DNA from: Bdellovibrionota bacterium
GTDB taxonomy: Bacteria > Bdellovibrionota_C > UBA2361 > OMIW01
Direction of reading: 5' to 3'
Assembly: GCA_044345055.1 (NCBI GenBank)
Contig: JBIJBT010000046.1
Span: 1-22,547 of the forward strand
Length of the DNA: 22,547 nt
This document shows, one piece after another, positions 1-9,097 of this stretch. The position numbers and the translations under genes were made by a program. A model generated the notes under the pieces. It did not search any database, was not told the DNA's origin, and worked only from the letters and a program-made list of their open reading frames with translations. Position 1 is the stretch's first letter. Every line of letters starts with the position of its first letter.

Positions 1-1
1 A

Positions 2-1906
2 ATTCGCGCACGTGGAGGGCAGGATATCGCGGCAGCGCCCGATTATGGAGATATTCGGACAGTCAAGTTTCATATGCTTAGGACCTCCGACCTAACTGAT
101 GAGCAACTCGGAGCAGGATTTGAGGGAACACAGGGAACACTAAAGGCGCTGCAGAGCCCCTTTGTTCAACGTGAAATGTTAAAAGGTTTTAATCAAATTG
201 AGTTTTTCCCGATAAATTCTTTTGGCACCGAGGTTCCAACTTTTTATTCCGATGGTAAGTTTAATCCAGATGCGCGCAACGTCTGGGGTTATATGCCGAT
301 CAGTCATTTCTCGATTGATCCATCTCGGGTTCATAACAAAGATAATCCATGGGCTGAGGTTGTAGAGACGATCGATTCTCTTCACCGAGCTGGCTTTCGG
401 GTAGCTGTGGATGTAGTCCCCCACTCCTTTGAAGCGGCAGATGGACAACCCTCTGATGGAAGAGACTTCAAAGGACCGGATATGAACTTCCGGATCCTCG
501 ATCGTGACGGCTATTATGCATCGTATAACGATGGTCGCCTGCGAAATTACTCGGGGTGCGGGAATGCATTTCGTTTCGTACCAACACCCGGAAGAAATTA
601 CGAACTTAATTCCCTCGAATCGCAGGTGGGTGAAGGTGGAGCTTATTTTCTTCGTTCTATAGAGAGTCTTTTTCGACTGGGTGCAGACGTCCGGATCGAT
701 CAAGGGATTTTGATGGGGCGTAATGAATGGGGAGATTTTTCACCTGATGCGAAAGCTTTTTCACTCCTTAGTCGCTTAGCAAATACTTATGGATCGAGGG
801 TTATTTGCGAGTCGAGTGATTGCGGAAAAGATGGCCCAGGAAGCAGTGATTGGATCAGAATTGAACCCTACGCACCAACAGAAACGGTCCACCCCGATTC
901 AAAAATACGAACCCAAGATTTTGGTGCGAGGGAGATAACACGAAACGCCATGGCAGATTTTGCCATCGGTATGATTCGGGAAGTCGCTAATGTGTTGAAT
1001 GGTCACGGCGTTAGTTACGCAAGGAGTGGCCTTCTCGCTGATTCAAATCGAGTTGTTCCGGTGAGCCCTCATGACGGGTACACGCTCTATGATGATATGA
1101 ATGAGCGTTTAAAACGGTCTAGATTTCGGGATCAATATTTCTCGAATGCACATGATACCCTGCTGACAGAATCTGAGAAAAAGCTCAACGGAGATCAACA
1201 AGAGCAGCTAATTGAGCGGCGGTTGGTTTCATCTGCTGCACTCGGTGTTGAGTTCTTAACTACGTTCTCTCCCGCAACTGAGAGACTTTGGAATTACGGA
1301 GCACAGTTTCTCGCCGATCAGATGGGCAACCATAATGCGTATGACCGGCCAGAGTTTTCAAATAGGTCATTTACTGAGGTCGAATCGTGGAGAGATGAAT
1401 ATAGAAAAGCGTGGTTAAAAAAAGAGGAGCTTCGTGAGGAGCTGGGAATCTTCTCTCATTCTCGCTTTCTTGGACACCCATCTCTGCAATACTTTGATGG
1501 CTCAGGACAGTGTATGAATCGCGGCTATGACCACGAGGTAAATGCGAGATGGGGTGCAGGACATAGTCCTCAGATACTCTCAGCTTGGTATAGTGGTGAG
1601 AAATTTCATAAATCAGATGTGCTTGTTACATGGTGCTCTGGGCCCCGAAAACGAGAATACGATGCGGTGCATCTTCCAAACCCTGGAGTCAGCGAAACTG
1701 GGGAGCGATATGTATGGTTGCGTCGGACTGATAGCTCAGCACTTATCACACCGGGTGAAAAAAGTGATATTTTTGAGCCGATGATTGTTAATCAATCAGA
1801 AGGAGTCTTTTTCCAAACGGGTGGTGTGCAAGTTTTTCAGAGAGTTACGGAGCGAGAAGCTAACAACCATATCACCCGTTACTGGCAAGAGAAGGGGCAG
1901 GCTTAG
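2..1906 (+). CDS. glgX: Divergent glycogen debranching enzyme/isoamylase-like GH13 protein, 5'-truncated by the window edge
   Basis: Frame is open from position 2 (IRARGGQDIAAAPDYGDIRTVKFHM...). GlgX-type motifs: NVWGYMPISHF, AVDVVPH, NYSGCGN, DVRIDQG (nucleophile Asp), VICESSD (acid/base Glu), SPHDGYTLYD, QMGNHNAY. Confidence 0.75.
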   Translation: MRARGGQDIAAAPDYGDIRTVKFHMLRTSDLTDEQLGAGFEGTQGTLKALQSPFVQREMLKGFNQIEFFPINSFGTEVPTFYSDGKFNPDARNVWGYMPISHFSIDPSRVHNKDNPWAEVVETIDSLHRAGFRVAVDVVPHSFEAADGQPSDGRDFKGPDMNFRILDRDGYYASYNDGRLRNYSGCGNAFRFVPTPGRNYELNSLESQVGEGGAYFLRSIESLFRLGADVRIDQGILMGRNEWGDFSPDAKAFSLLSRLANTYGSRVICESSDCGKDGPGSSDWIRIEPYAPTETVHPDSKIRTQDFGAREITRNAMADFAIGMIREVANVLNGHGVSYARSGLLADSNRVVPVSPHDGYTLYDDMNERLKRSRFRDQYFSNAHDTLLTESEKKLNGDQQEQLIERRLVSSAALGVEFLTTFSPATERLWNYGAQFLADQMGNHNAYDRPEFSNRSFTEVESWRDEYRKAWLKKEELREELGIFSHSRFLGHPSLQYFDGSGQCMNRGYDHEVNARWGAGHSPQILSAWYSGEKFHKSDVLVTWCSGPRKREYDAVHLPNPGVSETGERYVWLRRTDSSALITPGEKSDIFEPMIVNQSEGVFFQTGGVQVFQRVTEREANNHITRYWQEKGQA

Positions 1907-1951
1907 GAATAGATTAAAGATTAAAAACCGCGGTGCCTTGCCGTCGAAAGA

Positions 1952-1982
1952 GATGGCTCAGCGATTGGTGCGCTGAGCCATC
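1952..1982. terminator. Perfect 12-bp stem-loop between convergent genes (terminator or 3' stabiliser)
   Basis: GATGGCTCAGCG-ATTGGTG-CGCTGAGCCATC, between the glgX-like stop (1906) and the convergent ORF stop (2094). No clear U-tract. Confidence 0.5.
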
Positions 1983-2093
1983 ATTAGCAAGTCTACGCAT
2001 AGCGAGATTTCAAAGAACTTCAACCTGCCTTCGGGTGAAGAACTTAGAATGCGTTCTATTGTCGCTTTTCAGGCTAAATTGTCGAACGAAGCT

Positions 2094-2723
2094 TCAACGC
2101 GAACCGTATCGGCCCTTCGATCGAGTCCTTAAACCGAACGGGCCTTGAAACTCTGCTAGATGCTGCTTGGCCGCATCAATTGTTTCTGGATCCACAACTA
2201 CTGTAAAGGAACAATACCAAGAGGAGCTTCGATCCCCCTCAGAATTCGGAGATAGAGGCAGATACCGAACCTCGCTTGGATCCCACAGAACCACCTGACC
2301 CGGATGAAGTACGAAATCATCACTCTCCCAGGTACCAGATTCCGTTGCCTTTATTACTGCGATATGAATGTCCTGCCCGGGCTCACCTGAATCATTCCAG
2401 ATAGCTCCAAGAATTTTCCCGCCCGCGAGTATGGTCGGATCCTGATTTGAGGCATGATACGCCCTAACGTCACCATACCGCTTCAGAGCATCGAAAACAT
2501 CCTCTAACCTCTTAAAACCACTAATCATGCACTGACCCTTTTTCTGGATCACATCATAAACCTCGTTGAAATTCGGCAGAGATTTTTGCATGAAAGGAAC
2601 CTCCTCCAACTCAGGCACAGCACAAGAATACCCATGGGCACCGATGCTCTCAAAACTGAGATCGGAAGCGTCAGATCGTTGTTGCTCAAAACTGAAATCG
2701 CTGCTCTCCAACATATCCTTCAC
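2094..2723 (-). CDS. Hypothetical protein (209 aa)
   Basis: ORF with GTG start directly preceded by GGTGAG; natural-looking composition; no recognisable family motif. Confidence 0.6.
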   Translation of the reverse strand: MKDMLESSDFSFEQQRSDASDLSFESIGAHGYSCAVPELEEVPFMQKSLPNFNEVYDVIQKKGQCMISGFKRLEDVFDALKRYGDVRAYHASNQDPTILAGGKILGAIWNDSGEPGQDIHIAVIKATESGTWESDDFVLHPGQVVLWDPSEVRYLPLSPNSEGDRSSSWYCSFTVVVDPETIDAAKQHLAEFQGPFGLRTRSKGRYGSR

Positions 2724-3041
2724 CTCACCGAATTCGGCAACCTAACAAATGGAATCCCTATCTAAAACGGCAGACAGGGCGCGCACTTTTGACCGTCTTT
2801 ACAACCACCTCTTAATCACCACTGCATTTTTCCATCAGGGTAAGAGTGCTGATGTAACAAGCTTTTTATAGCACCCTTGCGGCGCAATCATACCACAAAA
2901 AACTACAACCGAAAGTTTTTTATTTCAATCAAAAAAGGAACGATCCCTTACACTCTTTCCCCCGCCAATATTCGATTTAATCACACAATTTATGCTTTAA
3001 TGCTAAAGGAAGACACCACCCCGCAAATTGACACAACTCCC

Positions 3042-4046
3042 ATGTCCACTCCCCCTGAAAAAACCGCTGAATCTACCCTCTCTTCAATCCTCGGCTCTCC
3101 TAAACCACCTCGAGTAACCATCATCACCTCCCCCGACACCCTGCGGCGCTCTCAGGCAGTCCGCCAATGCGAGGAGCGATTTAGCTCACGAGATGCTCGA
3201 TGTGTCATTAGAGCACGTGAAACCTCTCTAGAATCTATAAAAACTGAGCTCTTTTCATCTTCTCTTTTTGGAGCAAATCACTCTCTCATCATCGTCAAAT
3301 GTGCGCATGAATTACCGACTGCTATAGGAAAAGGATTGCGTCAGATACTGACAAAAAATGAGCAACTAACCCCTATTATCTTTGAGGGAGAACCTCTTTC
3401 AGCTTCACATCCTCTTACTGCTATTGCAAAAGATGTCGGTGTCGTTGTTGCGTTCGAGGAACTAAAGGATGTCGCACTGTATCGGTGGATTAGGCTTGAG
3501 TGTAAAGCTCGCGATATAGGGAAAATTGAGGATGAAGCGGTGGCGATGCTCGCGCAAGGGGGTGAAGGATCACTCGACCGCATTTCTCAGCTTATCGAGA
3601 TCTGCTCACTAACTCTCGACCCAAGCCAACCGCTAACAGCGAGTATCTGTGGCTCGATCATTCAGGTGCCTTCAACTTCAAAGGAGTTCGCGCTCATTGA
3701 TGCACTAACCTCTCGTAATCGAGCATCCGCAGAGGCTCTCCTTGTGACTCTTCTTATCTCTGGTGTAAGCCCATTTCCCCTTTTGAGCCTGATCAATAAA
3801 ACTTTTAGTAATTTTTTAGCGATTCATTCCCTGACCTCGCGACGGGTTGATGAAGGAGCGATTCAGAAATTACTCGGTATGCAGCCATGGCTCTTTCGAA
3901 AGCAGAGAGATATCGCAATTCGGCTCAATCCCTCTTTCCTACGAGCGGCATATCGGGCCATCATAGCGGCGGATAGCAAGATGAAGAATCGCTCTCTCGG
4001 TCCCGATATCGTACTCAGTGAATTGGTGGCAAAGCTGACGTCGTAA
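3042..4046 (+). CDS. holA: DNA polymerase III delta subunit
   Basis: SSSLFG motif followed by LIIVK, central 'LYRWI...EAVAML', C-terminal 'FALIDAL...ADSKMK...LSELV' typical of HolA. ATG 3042 (334 aa) preferred over TTG 2877, whose extension runs through AT-rich intergenic-like DNA. Confidence 0.8.
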   Translation: MSTPPEKTAESTLSSILGSPKPPRVTIITSPDTLRRSQAVRQCEERFSSRDARCVIRARETSLESIKTELFSSSLFGANHSLIIVKCAHELPTAIGKGLRQILTKNEQLTPIIFEGEPLSASHPLTAIAKDVGVVVAFEELKDVALYRWIRLECKARDIGKIEDEAVAMLAQGGEGSLDRISQLIEICSLTLDPSQPLTASICGSIIQVPSTSKEFALIDALTSRNRASAEALLVTLLISGVSPFPLLSLINKTFSNFLAIHSLTSRRVDEGAIQKLLGMQPWLFRKQRDIAIRLNPSFLRAAYRAIIAADSKMKNRSLGPDIVLSELVAKLTS

Positions 4047-4107
4047 CCGGTATAATCCTCTTCACCCACCGCCGATCTAGACCCTTTTGCAAAACGGAAA
4101 CATCTCC

Positions 4108-5031
4108 ATGATGCCAGAAAAATTTCGACACATTCTTCAGAGATTGAGCACTCTCCTTGTGATACTCATCCTCTCACTCGGTGGCTGCACTCCCGTTATG
4201 CCGATGTCATCACGATTACCTCTAAAGAAACAGGAGCAATATCGTGGATGGGATTTTCTTGCTGATAAGCTCGCTACCGATGGAATACCACCTGCACTTC
4301 TTACTCAGGTGTTCGGCGATCCACGTTTTCCTGCCCGTGAAGCAGTTCCGTTTCGGTTAGCACCTCAGGAAACTCATGACATGTATAAGGGTGTTGTTTC
4401 CTATAAGCGCTCAAAGCGAGCCGCTGAATTTGTGCGCCAACACGAACGATACTTCGCTAAAGCGCGCCAGAGATACGGCGTAGATGCTCCCGTTATCGCT
4501 GCTATTCTCGAGATTGAGACGAGACTTGGGTCTTATCTGGGGAGAGAGCTAACTATAAATCGGTTGGCTCGGGTTGCCTCTGTTTCAGAGCCAATTAACA
4601 TCGATTGGAACTATCGCCGACTTGCATCTGTGGATCCAACAGTTACCCGAGAGGCGGTTGCAAAGAGGGCGCAGTATTTAGAAACCACCTTCTATCCACA
4701 CGTTGTTGCGTTCTTCCAGATGGTAATGCGAGATCGGATCGATCCATTTGAGCTGCGAGGATCTGAGGCAGGTGCTTTTGGAATGCCTCAATTTATGCCT
4801 GAGAGTTATTTAAAATATGCCGTTGATGGCGATGGGAATCGAAAGATATCGCTTTTCTCGCCCGCAGATAGCATAGTCTCAGTTGGTAATTTCTTATCAG
4901 CAAATGGATGGAGTGAAGATGCATCAGAAAATAAAAAACGCTCCGTCATTTGGCAATATAACCGAAGCGAACCGTATATTGACTCGGTCTTGGGGCTTGC
5001 AGAGATGATCCAGCAACGATTGCGGAATTAA
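4108..5031 (+). CDS. mltB: Lytic murein transglycosylase, MltB/SLT_2 family, probable lipoprotein
   Basis: Lipobox-like LSLGGC after a hydrophobic stretch; YGVDAPVIAAILEIETRLG (catalytic Glu); GSEAGAFGMPQFMPESY; VDGDGN; QYNRS. Start 4108 or 4111. Confidence 0.85.
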   Translation: MMPEKFRHILQRLSTLLVILILSLGGCTPVMPMSSRLPLKKQEQYRGWDFLADKLATDGIPPALLTQVFGDPRFPAREAVPFRLAPQETHDMYKGVVSYKRSKRAAEFVRQHERYFAKARQRYGVDAPVIAAILEIETRLGSYLGRELTINRLARVASVSEPINIDWNYRRLASVDPTVTREAVAKRAQYLETTFYPHVVAFFQMVMRDRIDPFELRGSEAGAFGMPQFMPESYLKYAVDGDGNRKISLFSPADSIVSVGNFLSANGWSEDASENKKRSVIWQYNRSEPYIDSVLGLAEMIQQRLRN

Positions 5032-5065
5032 GTAAGATGCAATTTTTAGCTGTTGTGGATCACGT

Positions 5066-6214
5066 ATGAGGCTAACCTTTTTTATCGTCAGTACCCCAGG
5101 TCTCGAAGCAATCACTCTCGCTGAGGTACGCGAGCTTGGTTATCCAAAAGCTAGACTCGATGAGGGAGGTGTAGTTGTTTCGGGAACGATCCGAGACCTA
5201 TATCGATGCAACTATCTTCTCCGAACGGCCTCTCGGATTTATCTTCGGCTCTTTAATGGCCCAACCCATCGGTTCCCGGATGTAACGGCTGCTTTTTCGA
5301 GAATCGAGCTTTCTGCTTTTGTTGATTGGACAATTCCCATTCATGTCTCTGCGACATCACACGCCTCTACCCTCTATCACACGGGAGCAATTGTGGATGC
5401 TGCACGTGATGGGATCGCAGCGCAAGGATTCGTAACGGTTACCAAGCGGGGTGAGGAGAATGGGACGGCTCCGGTTCTGATCTCCATACGAATCGTTCGC
5501 AACTGGTGCACCGTGAGTATTGATACCTCGGGCGATCCTCTTTATCAGCGAGGCTATAAGGATGAAGTAGGTGCGGCACCACTTCGAGAAACGCTGGCGG
5601 CCGCAATTCTCAGGGCCGTCGAGTGGAACCCCACGGTGCCGTTGATAGATCCGTTTTGTGGTGCTGGGACCATTCCAATAGAGGCAGCTTTAATCGCGCA
5701 AAAGATGCCCCCGGGAGCGGGTCGCTCATTCGGCTTTCATCGGTGGCCAGGGCTTAATAGGGGAGCCTGGACGAGTGTTGTAGCTGAAGCTGAGTCGGGG
5801 ATGAATAGCGAGGAACAGGTTACAACACTAATTTCAGGATCAGATATCGATCCAACCGTTGTGGGGTATGCTCAAAGAAATGCGGAAAGAGCGGGGGTAA
5901 GAGATAGTGTCTCATTCTCGGTCCGAGATGCTCGCGATCTTCAACCAGCTCCTGGAGCTTTTGTTATAACTAATCCACCGTTTGGCGACAGATTAGAAAA
6001 TCGTTCTTCGGTTAAAACACTCCTGAGTCGTTTCGGTGGGCTGTTACAAGAACGAGCGGTTGGCTCTCAGTTCGCAATTCTTGCACCCGCAGGGACGACT
6101 GCTCCCGCAGCGATCGGGGCCCCCGCCGCCGAGAAACTCACCTTTCTTCATGGTGGAAAGCGGGTGATTTTGTTCACCGGTGCTGTGACTAGCGATCCCC
6201 ACACTATTGAGTGA
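5066..6214 (+). CDS. THUMP-domain SAM-dependent RNA methyltransferase (RlmL/YpsC-like)
   Basis: PGLE, NYLLRTASRI, SIDTSGDPLYQRGY, APLRETLAA, DPFCGAGTIPIEAA, GSDID, TNPPFG motifs. Confidence 0.88.
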   Translation: MRLTFFIVSTPGLEAITLAEVRELGYPKARLDEGGVVVSGTIRDLYRCNYLLRTASRIYLRLFNGPTHRFPDVTAAFSRIELSAFVDWTIPIHVSATSHASTLYHTGAIVDAARDGIAAQGFVTVTKRGEENGTAPVLISIRIVRNWCTVSIDTSGDPLYQRGYKDEVGAAPLRETLAAAILRAVEWNPTVPLIDPFCGAGTIPIEAALIAQKMPPGAGRSFGFHRWPGLNRGAWTSVVAEAESGMNSEEQVTTLISGSDIDPTVVGYAQRNAERAGVRDSVSFSVRDARDLQPAPGAFVITNPPFGDRLENRSSVKTLLSRFGGLLQERAVGSQFAILAPAGTTAPAAIGAPAAEKLTFLHGGKRVILFTGAVTSDPHTIE

Positions 6215-6281
6215 TCCTCTTCTTGATCTCAAAACATCTTAGAGAGGAACCCTTTTCTTATCGTTAAAGGTATCGCCCTAA

Positions 6282-6683
6282 ATGAGTGAAAAAAAATTAA
6301 TTCTTGTTGTTGAAGATGATAATACGAGCCGAACCGCCCTATGTGCGATGTTGGCAACGCTGGGCTACGACTACATCGCTTTTAGTGACCCCTGCGAGGT
6401 TATCGAAAAGCTTAACGGTCGACCTATAGACCTTGGACTTATCGATCTGATTATGCCCCAGATGAGCGGGCTCGATCTTTTGGAGAAACTGCGACAAGTA
6501 GAGCAGTACCAAAATGTACCTTTTTTTATCGTTACCGCTCGCGATTCAGAGGATGATGTGCTCGATGGCTACAAGCACGGAGTCGATTACTACATCACCA
6601 AACCCTACACAACAAAACAGCTCCGCTACGGCATTAACCTTTATCTCTCGGAGGATAAAGAGAATTCAAGCTCTGAATCCTAA
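6282..6683 (+). CDS. Single-domain response regulator receiver (CheY-like)
   Basis: LVVEDD acidic pocket, DLIMPQMSGLDLL phosphoacceptor Asp, VTA, DYYITKP; no output domain. Confidence 0.9.
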   Translation: MSEKKLILVVEDDNTSRTALCAMLATLGYDYIAFSDPCEVIEKLNGRPIDLGLIDLIMPQMSGLDLLEKLRQVEQYQNVPFFIVTARDSEDDVLDGYKHGVDYYITKPYTTKQLRYGINLYLSEDKENSSSES

Positions 6684-6815
6684 CACCATTATCGTGTCAC
6701 ACCGTTTCTAGTCCGAAACGGGGAATTGTCGAAAAATGTCGGTCTCATCCACCGACATCTCCCAATTTTACCCGACCTATTCTCTAAAAAGAAAAAGCGT
6801 TGTACAAAGAGGGTC

Positions 6816-7496
6816 ATGATAATCGACCCGTCTCTTTCAGTCTCTTCCACTCGCCCGACCAATGCGCCCTTCATTGTGATTGAAGGAATCAATGGTGGGG
6901 GTAAATCGACCCTTATAACTGGTCTTATCGAATCACTTGCTGCGCGAGGAGTTCCCCATCTTCGTTCTCGAGAGCCGGGTGGTACACCTCTTGGGGTAAC
7001 TCTCCGCTCACTCTTACTATCGAGTCCCGAGCCGATTGTACCATTAAGCGAATTATTCCTTTTTCTTGCTGACCGAGCTCACCATGTTGCAACGGTGATA
7101 GAGCCCGCTCTACGGGACGGTATAACAGTTATATGTGATCGCTTTTTCTATTCGACGATTGCGTTTCAGGGATACGGTCGGGGTCTTGATTGCCCGCGCC
7201 TTCTTGAAATGAATCGTTTGGCAACAAACGATCTACGACCCGATCTCGTGATTCTGCTTGATCTACCGGTAGAGGATGCGCTGCGTCGCGCTCAACACCG
7301 AAATTCAGCAGAGGGTGCCGAGCGTGATAGCTTTGAGGCGGAGGAATTGGCGTTTCACGAGCGCGTTCGGGATGGATTTTTAGCGCTCGCGAAAGAGCTT
7401 CCTGAGCCGTTTCTTATTCTTGATGCACGCCAAGAGCCCGAAATACTTCTAAAACGGGCTAGCCAAGCGATCTCATCTCTTTTGCGCTGTGACTAA
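6816..7496 (+). CDS. tmk: Thymidylate (dTMP) kinase
   Basis: FIVIEGINGGGKST P-loop, REPGGT, ELFLFLADRAHH, CDRFFYSTIAFQGYGRG, PDLVILLD. ATG 6816 follows GAGGG. Confidence 0.95.
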   Translation: MIIDPSLSVSSTRPTNAPFIVIEGINGGGKSTLITGLIESLAARGVPHLRSREPGGTPLGVTLRSLLLSSPEPIVPLSELFLFLADRAHHVATVIEPALRDGITVICDRFFYSTIAFQGYGRGLDCPRLLEMNRLATNDLRPDLVILLDLPVEDALRRAQHRNSAEGAERDSFEAEELAFHERVRDGFLALAKELPEPFLILDARQEPEILLKRASQAISSLLRCD

Positions 7497-7510
7497 AGCA
7501 GCGTTATAAT
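7482..7510 (+). promoter_or_regulatory. Candidate sigma70 promoter for holB
   Basis: TTGCGC (7482-7487), 17-bp spacer, TATAAT (7505-7510), about 70 bp upstream of the holB ATG. Confidence 0.45.
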
Positions 7511-7583
7511 TAAGGGTTAGATCCATAGTCTGGGTCACCATCAGAACTTTTTTACCCGACTCAATCCCTCCGAACGTGACTCA

Positions 7584-8600
7584 ATGGTCAATTTATCAAC
7601 CGACCAGCGCACTCCGCCGCAATCTCTCTCCGCTCTTCGGCGGCTGGTGCGACAACGACGTATTCCCTCTGCAATGATTTTTCATGGTGAGCGAGGGATC
7701 GGAAAAGGTGCGGCGGCTCGTCAGCTTGGGACAGCGCTCCTTTGCACTCTCTCAGTCGATGAAAGGGGAGATGAAGAAATTCTCGGCTGCGGTAATTGTC
7801 ACGGCTGCTCTGTGATTGCTGCGGGTAATCACCCCGATCTTCACTACCTAGATCTCGCGGATTCTGAAAGCTGGACTACCGCTTCGTTTCGATCTTTTCT
7901 CTCATCACTATCTCTTAAACCTTTTAGTGGCGGTTCTCGCGTTATCATTTTCGATAATGCAGAGGCTATGTCTCTTCAATCAGCGAATGCTCTCCTAAAA
8001 TCGCTCGAAGAGCCGAGACCGGAGAATCACTTTATTCTAGTGAGCGCGGCACATCTAAAACTACCCCAGACTATACTCTCTCGATGTCAGCCTTTTTATT
8101 TTGCGCCACGATCGGAAAAAGGGGGAGTTTTCGACGGCCAAGAGAGCTCATCTAATGATACTTTGCTTCATGCGATGGCTGATGGATCGTCAACGATTCA
8201 AAATATGTTGCGAGAGAACAGCGAGCTGTTTGAAACAGTGCGCAAGGCCGTCGATAGCTCAATCGAAGGCGGTTCTGCTGAGGCGGTGCTCCGAGGTCGC
8301 GAGTTAGCGCAAAAAAAGGCCGATATTTCGCTAATTTTAATGATCCTTCAACGATATCTTCGGTATCGATTGATACAGAGCGCCGCATTTCCTGTTGAAA
8401 ATAATCAGGATCAGAACGGTTCACAGCGCCGTCTGGCACAAGCTCTTACTAATGCCCTAACTGCAGAGCGGCTCATACTCGAGCGAAATCTTGCATCGGC
8501 AGCGGTCCTCTCGGCAGTGCTCGATGGATTAACCTCTGATGCATCCCCCCCGCGATGGGCTTCAAACAGAGAGCTGCTTCTATCAACGTATACGTTGTAG
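7584..8600 (+). CDS. holB: DNA polymerase III delta-prime subunit
   Basis: GERGIGK, zinc motif C...CGNCHGC, HPD, ANALLKSLEEP, TILSRCQ; canonical position after tmk. Confidence 0.9.
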   Translation: MVNLSTDQRTPPQSLSALRRLVRQRRIPSAMIFHGERGIGKGAAARQLGTALLCTLSVDERGDEEILGCGNCHGCSVIAAGNHPDLHYLDLADSESWTTASFRSFLSSLSLKPFSGGSRVIIFDNAEAMSLQSANALLKSLEEPRPENHFILVSAAHLKLPQTILSRCQPFYFAPRSEKGGVFDGQESSSNDTLLHAMADGSSTIQNMLRENSELFETVRKAVDSSIEGGSAEAVLRGRELAQKKADISLILMILQRYLRYRLIQSAAFPVENNQDQNGSQRRLAQALTNALTAERLILERNLASAAVLSAVLDGLTSDASPPRWASNRELLLSTYTL

Positions 8601-8661
8601 ACAGTTACCTTTTTTTCTTAATCGATACGGTTCATTAATTAACAAGCTAAGGAGTACGATC

Positions 8662-9036
8662 ATGACTGAAACAAATCAACCAACAGATGCTACCGAACAG
8701 CACTTTGCCTCAATCGATGACTTTATGAAGATAGAGCTGCGGGTCGGGCAGATAGAAGCGGCAGAGCGGATCCCGAAGTCAAAAAAATTGATTAAGCTTG
8801 CGGTTTCGTTGGGAGAGACATTCGGAACTCGGCAGATTTTGGCTGGAATTGCATTGTTTTATGAGCCCGAAGCTCTTATCGGTCGGCGTGTGGTGGTTGT
8901 TGCCAACCTAAAACCAGCGACGCTGATGGGTCTTGAGAGTCGAGGAATGCTTCTTGCGGGTTCATCTGACGATGATTCTGTGCTCGCGATGATTGAACCA
9001 GATGCTTCGCTTCCTCTCGGAGCGCGGGTACGGTAA
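8662..9036 (+). CDS. Stand-alone methionyl-tRNA synthetase C-terminal tRNA-binding domain (MetG beta subunit/Trbp111/CsaA-like)
   Basis: SIDDFMKIELRVGQI, KLIKL, RQILAGIA, VVANLKPATLMGLESRGMLL, GARVR. AAGGAG RBS before ATG 8662; 124 aa. Confidence 0.88.
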   Translation: MTETNQPTDATEQHFASIDDFMKIELRVGQIEAAERIPKSKKLIKLAVSLGETFGTRQILAGIALFYEPEALIGRRVVVVANLKPATLMGLESRGMLLAGSSDDDSVLAMIEPDASLPLGARVR

Positions 9037-9097
9037 GAGAGATTCTCACTGCTCGATAGTTGATGGAATGGTAGTAGGTATGTCGAGGGAAGATCGT

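Noticed and set aside
1907..2093. Possible ncRNA (GAAA-loop stem near 1941-1956, UUCG-loop stem near 2018-2040)
   Set aside because: No recognisable tRNA, SRP, tmRNA or riboswitch pattern; only the 12-bp hairpin is well supported.
2949..2961. TACACTCTTTCCC matches part of the Illumina TruSeq adapter
   Set aside because: Only 13 bp, and both flanks diverge from the adapter; most likely chance.
2877..3041. Long N-terminal extensions in the ORF track (holA here; likewise tmk 6726, MetG-C 8539, tatD 8993)
   Set aside because: They run through intergenic-like or overlapping DNA; downstream ATGs give family-typical lengths, mostly with an RBS.
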